A DNA stretch of 63,798 nt, filler included, from Licmophora abbreviata (Eukaryota), in the NCBI GenBank assembly GCA_900291995.1. It is 10 parts of 10 records of this genome, joined end to end, with 100 filler letters (N's around TTAATTAATTAA, not from the genome) between each part and the next. Parts side by side here need not be neighbours in the genome. Positions count along the whole stretch, not along the records: positions 57,633 to 63,798 come from OLMU01003295.1; 9 more parts are not named here. One strand, written 5' to 3'. Of the stretch, positions 57,686 through 63,798 are shown one piece after another. The first letter of the stretch is position 1. Each line of letters starts with the position of its first letter. The translations under genes were made by a program, and so were the position numbers. The notes beneath the pieces were generated by a model, which ran no database searches, was not told where the DNA came from, and worked only from the letters and a program-made list of their open reading frames with translations.

Positions 57686-59566
57686 ATGGCTGAACTGGAA
57701 CCCTTCGATGGCGATGGCGATGGCGATGAAGTCTCGGATGGTCCTGATGAGAGGCAGTGTCCGATCTGTCTGAACTCTCCTTCCAGCAAGCGCATGTTCG
57801 TCCAGGGCCACTGTCGCCATGCAGTGTGTCAGTCGTGCATGGAGCGTCTCTTGTTGGCGCCAAATCATCATCGCCGCGAAGACGACGCTCTCTCGGCGAC
57901 TGCTCCCACACGAGGCCCATGTCCGATCTGCCGTTCGGAACTGAATTTCTTTGAGCTTGTCAACGTCAAAGATGAGCAAGAAATATACGAAAAGGATTTT
58001 GACGTTTCGAATTGGCCCGTCGCGGGGCTCGTCTATGTCATCCGAGGGAAAGACGTGGGGGAAGCCAGTCTGCACTTCCCAAAGGAAGCTGGACAGCGGC
58101 CTTACTTCTATCGAAGGGATATGGCGGACTACTTTGATGAGGGCTGTCACTTTCACCGAAAGACTCTCACATTTCATGCCAACCGGAAACTTGCACTGCG
58201 TACGGGCGATGTAAGACCATGATGGACACTGCGAGGAAACGAGTATCCTCATTAGCAATTCACGTTTTCACGCTTTTTATATGCGTTTCTCTTTTGTGTC
58301 TACGCCTTATAATTGACAGCCAGGCCACATCTGGGAGCTGAACGTCCGATTCTCTTCTGATCTACGATATATTTCCTATGGAGTCTACGCACTGCACATT
58401 ATACCTCCTACACCAGGACAGTCTATTAGCAACCTACGAAAGATGAATCCCCTGGACGGAACTTGGACAGTCACATGGCAAGAGAGCGGCGTGTCTGATC
58501 GGATTCATGTATTGGCCAGTGCTTTTAAGCATGGGCCATTCCGGTATTTGATTGACACGAAGGATCCCACGTCGCCTCGATTCACTTGGCCACGTCGCGG
58601 TCGACTCAGCTCCGAAGGTGTTGAACAATGGGCACTCTCCGGAGTTGATCTCACCGTGACCCCGGAAGGTCCCGCGGTCGGCTCAAGCATTGAATGGGTG
58701 ACATCCGAAGGGAACCGCATTGAATGGGTGAGCAATTGGTGGAACGTCCTGCTAGGAAGTTGGTGCCATGTGTATTTGTCGTCTCATCGCGTCTCACTTG
58801 TTGTTTCTGTTCATGGTCGTTCTGACGTCAGACTAGAGAAACAGTGGGCGATCCGTATTCTCGAATGCCTTTGGAGGCTGAACTCCTTGGGCCCCGTCAT
58901 TGCCTCTACCACCGTTTGGACACGACTGAGTCACAGTCCCACCCAGTTTTTGTTGAGGGAACTCTCTGGGGTAACACATTTTGTCAAGCTTTCAAGGTTG
59001 GACTGGCCTCCTATCACTTTATGTCCGAGCAGGAAGGATCGTATATTTCGTATGAGCACCCAGATGCTTTGCAGTGGCCGTTATTGGACGACGGATCTCC
59101 AGTGCCGTCTCGAGTGCGATTCCACAATGTGACTCTGGATGCAAGTCAGCGCATATTTCGCGGCACGATTGAGTGGTACGAGGACTACCAGACAACGTGG
59201 CAGGGGTGCAGAAAGTGGATATACGAGATGAAGTTCGACTCGGAATACGTCTGCATTGTCAATGGTGTCGTCAAGAGTGTCATCACTCAAAGTGATGAAC
59301 CGCAACTATTGTCGACGTTTGGCGAGACCCTGGTTTACCTCAACGGTGCACTCGAAGGACGATTCCAGCGACTCTTGAGGCCAATTACCTCTAATGACGA
59401 CAACGAGGAAAGGGATGGGTTTGACGCGAGACATCAACGATTTCGTCAAATCTCTGATGAGTTACAACAGCGGTTGGGTCGCGAGGGTGCGTCTGTGCGC
59501 ACGGTTGCTGCTATTTGTATCGTCTTGTTCCCACCAGAGAGACGCTTAATCGACTTTGGTCTCTAA
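57686..59566 (+). CDS. RING (C3HC4) finger protein with a duplicated uncharacterised domain; exons 57686-58210, 58320-58727 and 58832-59566
   Basis: CPIC...CRHAVCQSC...CPICR. Two GT-AG introns restore the frame. Confidence 0.85.
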
Positions 59567-59718
59567 GAGTCACAATGCTGCAGGTTTTAAAGCGTGCCCT
59601 CGATGTATCCAACACGGTGGATAGTAGCGTCCCGTCTTGTCAAAACTCTCGTGGGAGCGACCATGAAACGACAAACAATTGTTCTCAGTTGGAAAAAGAG
59701 GAGGCCTACCCTCGTATG

Positions 59719-61152
59719 CTACCCCACCGCATGGGCCTTGTCATCAACCCTCACTGGCATATCCCTCTCCAAAGGATCCTCTGTATTGGCGATCGACAGT
59801 CCCTCCTGCCCCGCCGACTTTCCTTGCACGTTTACCTCTGTCTCTTCGGGACATTGCTTTCTCCTTGATCGTTCGAGCATACCCTCCAACGATCGATCTT
59901 GTGATACACCATTGGATGTCAGCACATCCGACAGTTTCAACAGAAAGTTGGCCAGCAACGTAAAACCAATTAAGCACACAAGGGGGATATAAAACATGTC
60001 AACAGGCCGCCATTGATCGTGAGGAATGTGAATATCTCCAAGTCCCACAGTCGTGATTGTGATGTAGGCAAACCACACTGCATCAGAGAAGTCAAATAAC
60101 ATTTCGTTGACACCGTCACGAGTTCGACTCCAGCTCCAAATGGTACCGGCTAGGACCAAGATCCAGGTAGCGAAGCAAGTGAACCAAAGAATTGCAGCCA
60201 GGATGCCTTGTGTGAGCCTTTGGAGATTGCATCTGCGGAAGAAGTCATCCGCTATTATCAAGAAGATGTATCCGGCTTGTCCAATAAGGGCGGTAAAGAT
60301 GAGTATGCTGACAAACCCAAGTGTGCACACGAGGGCGCGGCCTTGTGCCGTTACGGGAGCCGTATTGCCATATCCAATGGTGGTCATGATGGTGAACCAG
60401 AACAGAGCACCAGATGCTGTGTTGACTCGACACCCATCATGGCCCGTGGCCTCCTCAATAGCCCTGTCCTGGGCATCTGTCAAGTTCTGAGAATCATACT
60501 TCCCCTCCAAAGCATTGAAGTCAGCAAGCCAGGCGTCTATGACTTGTTCGGCTTGTTCTGCTTTGGTGGCGTAATTGCCAATTCCTTCCGAACATACAAT
60601 CCAGTCGAATGTGATCGATTCATAGGCATCAATGGTGCTGTCCGTAATGAACTCGTCGAGGATCTCATTTAGCTCGCTCGAGACAAATGTACCACAATCT
60701 TCCATGTGCTTCTCCAGAGCGGTAAAGTCCGCGGTATCCCCCTCGAATAAGCGTAAACATATAGTGGGAGTCGCGCTAGCCAGCTCAGCGAGTTGAATGA
60801 CCCGTGCTGCCTCATCGACGATATCCGCCAGAGCCCCATCGTTGGTCTCAATTTCCGCGTCAGATTCCCACAACGCCAAGAGATATCCACAAAGAAAGGA
60901 GATTCCAATTAGAAAGAACAAGGGGCCGACAATCTTGAAAACGACGTGATACGTGCGTGGAAACCGAATCGCAAAGCGAGACAAACGAGGGCACTTGGAC
61001 GACCTGGCTTCGTCCTCGCTGCTCGATACTGTCGGCGCAGCGACCGGGTTTGGTTCTGCAAGGTTGAAGCGCTGGAAGCCGCCCGCGAGTGTCACAGGGG
61101 CTTGGCTATAGGGCTCAGTGGTCTCCCTCCTTTCACCCTCTGGCGAAGGCAT
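59719..61152 (-). CDS. Two-pore-domain potassium channel (K2P)
   Basis: Two P-loops, FTIMTTIGYG and YITITTVGLGD, four TM segments and a large extracellular cap. Confidence 0.93.
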   Translation of the reverse strand: MPSPEGERRETTEPYSQAPVTLAGGFQRFNLAEPNPVAAPTVSSSEDEARSSKCPRLSRFAIRFPRTYHVVFKIVGPLFFLIGISFLCGYLLALWESDAEIETNDGALADIVDEAARVIQLAELASATPTICLRLFEGDTADFTALEKHMEDCGTFVSSELNEILDEFITDSTIDAYESITFDWIVCSEGIGNYATKAEQAEQVIDAWLADFNALEGKYDSQNLTDAQDRAIEEATGHDGCRVNTASGALFWFTIMTTIGYGNTAPVTAQGRALVCTLGFVSILIFTALIGQAGYIFLIIADDFFRRCNLQRLTQGILAAILWFTCFATWILVLAGTIWSWSRTRDGVNEMLFDFSDAVWFAYITITTVGLGDIHIPHDQWRPVDMFYIPLVCLIGFTLLANFLLKLSDVLTSNGVSQDRSLEGMLERSRRKQCPEETEVNVQGKSAGQEGLSIANTEDPLERDMPVRVDDKAHAVG

Positions 61153-61736
61153 GACTCACTGCTCACGAGAGTGGGGAACTAGAGGCAGTGAGTGTATCGG
61201 CGTACAACACAAAGTCTCGCACTAGATGTGCTAACCCGAACCCTAGAGGTCAGATGTCGTCTTTGTTTCGAATTTCGAACTGTCTGAGCGTTGTTTCGTC
61301 TCGCGAACATGTCCATTACGTGCACACACCTTGTACGTGCTAGATCTAAAAACCGATTTCAACAAAGGACCAGAGCCTGAGCAAGATGAGGCGATGAACG
61401 CGATGCCATTTTCATAAGTCGGGGGTCGAAAGTTTGATTGCTTCACATTTTTTTTAGACATTCTTCTTGACTTCTTTGACTCGCGCACTGCACCGACGCT
61501 CGTTCGATTGTAATTCTCAGAAGCACCCGGAGAGTCTAAAATGCTGCCGCCGGCGCAAAAAGAAATGCACGGGCAGGTTCTGCATCATGTTTCATGTTCG
61601 ATGGAACTCTCGTGTCCATCAATCACGTGCCACCTTCGATCCTCACTAATTGATGTCATAAAATTCAAAGCTTGCCTCCCAGAGCTCAAGTTCGATCCTT
61701 CTATCAATCTTCTCCTCCAATCTCTCAAACACAGTC

Positions 61737-62135
61737 ATGTCGCTCACAGCCCTCCAAGGTGCCACTCTCATCGCCACTCACGCTGCATTCAGCAAAATGT
61801 TGATCAGCTTCACCCTCCGCACTTACCAATACTTGGAATCGGACTCCACGCGTGTGAAGAAAGTCACATCGAATCGTTACGTTCAGCAATTCGAAAAGGC
61901 CCAGGTCAACGAATCTGAATATGTTGGACTGTTTACTGCCTTACTCCTCTACATCTCCTTGAGCGACAACGAAGCCTCTTTGGGTCCTGCCCTTGCCGTC
62001 GTCGGTCAGGTTGGCTATGTCTGGACTCGTACCTTGCTTGGCTATCCTTCCATGCCCACGATTACGTTCGCTGTGATCCGCTATGGTGGTCTTTTCCTCC
62101 TCGTGTCGGAGCTCTGGAAGCAGACTACATTCTAA
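61737..62135 (+). CDS. MAPEG-family membrane protein
   Basis: 132 aa with about four TM segments and the KAQVNESEY motif. Confidence 0.65.
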   Translation: MSLTALQGATLIATHAAFSKMLISFTLRTYQYLESDSTRVKKVTSNRYVQQFEKAQVNESEYVGLFTALLLYISLSDNEASLGPALAVVGQVGYVWTRTLLGYPSMPTITFAVIRYGGLFLLVSELWKQTTF

Positions 62136-62286
62136 TGCACTGATTTGGGCTTGGTATTCGACAACCACTTGTACTCTCGCAAACTCAATCTAATGATCCA
62201 TACGTATAGTTTGCTAAAGTGCTAATACTGCCCAAGCCCCAACGCCATTGACTTTCTTACGTCTACTAGTAAAATGAAGTATCAAT

Positions 62287-62970
62287 TCACTCCTTTTTCG
62301 GCCGTTTCACACAATAACGCTTCACATTGTACACGAGACGCTGTTCCGTCCTCAACAGAAATACCAGCGAGACTTGAATGAGCCGCACCAGCAAGATTGG
62401 GACTGAAAAATGAGTTGCTTTGTACTTTTGTTGGACACAGCCCCACATACCACCAAACGTATGTACTGCCATCGTCTCCGTACCAGTCGCTGGATCCTGG
62501 ACGCGAGGAAGTGGTGAAGACACGCAGATGCTTGTAGCCGACGAAGCGTCTTCACATGCACTCCTCCTCGCCTGTTCCACAGCATGCGTATACGACACGA
62601 TACCATCAAGACTGTGAATACGCCCCTGTAGTCCGTATCGATTTCGAAGTCGCCTCGCTTCCATACCAGATCGGTATCCAATCGTACAGTACGTAATGAC
62701 TTGGGTGCCGGGTTGCAGGGAAGGTACAATGTCGCGCTCGAATTCTTGTAGTGACACGGCACCCTCAATCATGGATACACGACGTTCAGGAGGGGTTCTC
62801 ACATCCACCAGTATTGTTTCAGCGGGTTTACTGGACCGAGCTGCATCAGTCCTTCTCTGTTCGAGATAGTCCTTGGAAGAGATTGCGGGCACGTCACGAA
62901 ACTGGCCTTGATAGAACTTCGTCTTGCGATGGCATTTCTCTTCGTTTGTCAGTCGAGAACGTCGAAACAT
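62287..62970 (-). CDS. Rhodanese-domain protein
   Basis: LVDVRTPPERRVSMIEGA, active-site loop VITYCTIGYRSG, SLDGI. Confidence 0.88.
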   Translation of the reverse strand: MFRRSRLTNEEKCHRKTKFYQGQFRDVPAISSKDYLEQRRTDAARSSKPAETILVDVRTPPERRVSMIEGAVSLQEFERDIVPSLQPGTQVITYCTIGYRSGMEARRLRNRYGLQGRIHSLDGIVSYTHAVEQARRSACEDASSATSICVSSPLPRVQDPATGTETMAVHTFGGMWGCVQQKYKATHFSVPILLVRLIQVSLVFLLRTEQRLVYNVKRYCVKRPKKE

Positions 62971-63073
62971 GTGTGTGCTCACTGTGACGCTATGATACAC
63001 GAGAAGAGAGAACGATAGATTGTGAAGAGAACCTTTGCGGAGTGGGGATTGGGGTTGAAGGTTCGACACACAA

Positions 63074-63138
63074 CATTGCAATGATTGTTTGACATTTAAG
63101 GTGAATTCTGATATGAGTAATACAAGAAACGAGGTCCT
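63074..63138. repeat. 65-bp dispersed element, copy 2
   Basis: CATTGCAATGATTGTTTGACATTTAAGGTGAATTCTGATATGAGTAATACAAGAAACGAGGTCCT; three differences from 12679-12743. Confidence 0.92.
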
Positions 63139-63635
63139 CTGAGTTATATCCAAGAGGCTGTTAACTCCGGCTAGCAAAATGTTCTCTAGGACGACGACGG
63201 TTACGAAAAGTTTGCCATGAAGAATACCGACCATCTTCAGTACCAGCCCAGAAGGCAGGTGTCATTACATACTGCCGGTAGTATTGCATCACATCTCACA
63301 TCGACTCGTCACACACACACACACACTCGCTCATATGTGGCCAGACGCGTCACGTCATCGCATCCTTTACATCAGATGCGAGGCCGACACGCGGAGCAGG
63401 TCGAGGTGCGCGCTCCAAGCCAAACAGTGAGACGCCTGGCTTTGTATCAATCAAGTAACTTTAAACCCGTATACCATAAAACGTTTTGAAAGGGCGATTT
63501 GGCAGCCGGGCCTTTCGGGACGAAATCCTGTTCTTGATGTCCTCATCATCACAAAAGTTGCCTAATGTCCTTTTTTGCAACGTTCGAGGGACGACGACAT
63601 GTTGTGAGGACACCTAGAGCAAGCTGAATACCCCC

Positions 63636-63798
63636 ATGGCATCACAAGGAGAGACCTTAAGGATGCCACCGTCGCTCTCGCGGTCGAAAGCTCCTCCTGA
63701 GGAGGGATGGACCAAGCGACGCCTGCTGATTCTCATGGTGTTCCTAGTCGGATCTGTATCCCTGCTTGCAGCGGCTCTCGCGATTCTGTTGACGCGGG
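63636..63798 (+). CDS. 5' fragment of a probable type II membrane protein running off the window
   Basis: MASQGETLRMPPSLSRSKAPPEEGWTKRRLLILMVFLVGSVSLLAAALAILLTR: basic patch followed by a TM helix. Confidence 0.5.
   Translation, partial: MASQGETLRMPPSLSRSKAPPEEGWTKRRLLILMVFLVGSVSLLAAALAILLTR

Noticed and set aside
63080..63142. C/D box snoRNA reading of the 65-bp element (ATGATT, CTGA at 63108 and 63139)
   Set aside because: The C box is imperfect, both CTGA boxes are missing in the other copy, and I could not identify a convincing rRNA target. Kept only as a minor alternative.

Overview
Gene-dense eukaryotic nuclear DNA, most likely from a pennate diatom (inferred from short GT-AG introns, a PT-repeat secreted protein, a bipartite SAF-type presequence, diatom-style ankyrin proteins and a PDEase tail). 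It is a draft scaffold with nine artificial 100-nt spacers (N44-TTAATTAATTAA-N44), several of which hide overlapping contig ends. About 30 protein genes can be supported, including POLE, SPT6 (3' part), a P5A ATPase, PI-PLC, DEGS, VAMP7, RPL35A, RPS15A, an M16 insulinase, a K2P channel, an AT3-SGNH O-acyltransferase, an MSP130/choice-of-anchor-I phosphatase-like protein, a kinase-EF-cNMP-EF protein and a probable divergent CENP-P. No rRNA, tRNA, CRISPR array or intact transposon was seen. The main unexplained signals are: (1) strongly base-paired introns in a head-to-head pair of ribosomal protein genes, candidates for splicing autoregulation or an intronic ncRNA; (2) a 65-bp near-identical element about 105-110 nt upstream of two unrelated genes 50 kb apart; (3) a Ca2+/cNMP kinase with a mitochondrial-like presequence and a GC-AG intron; (4) a CENP-P-like gene with an in-frame TAG; (5) clustered PSR-like and E2F-like promoter motifs that match the functions of their genes. 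All family calls are from motif recognition by eye, not database searches.
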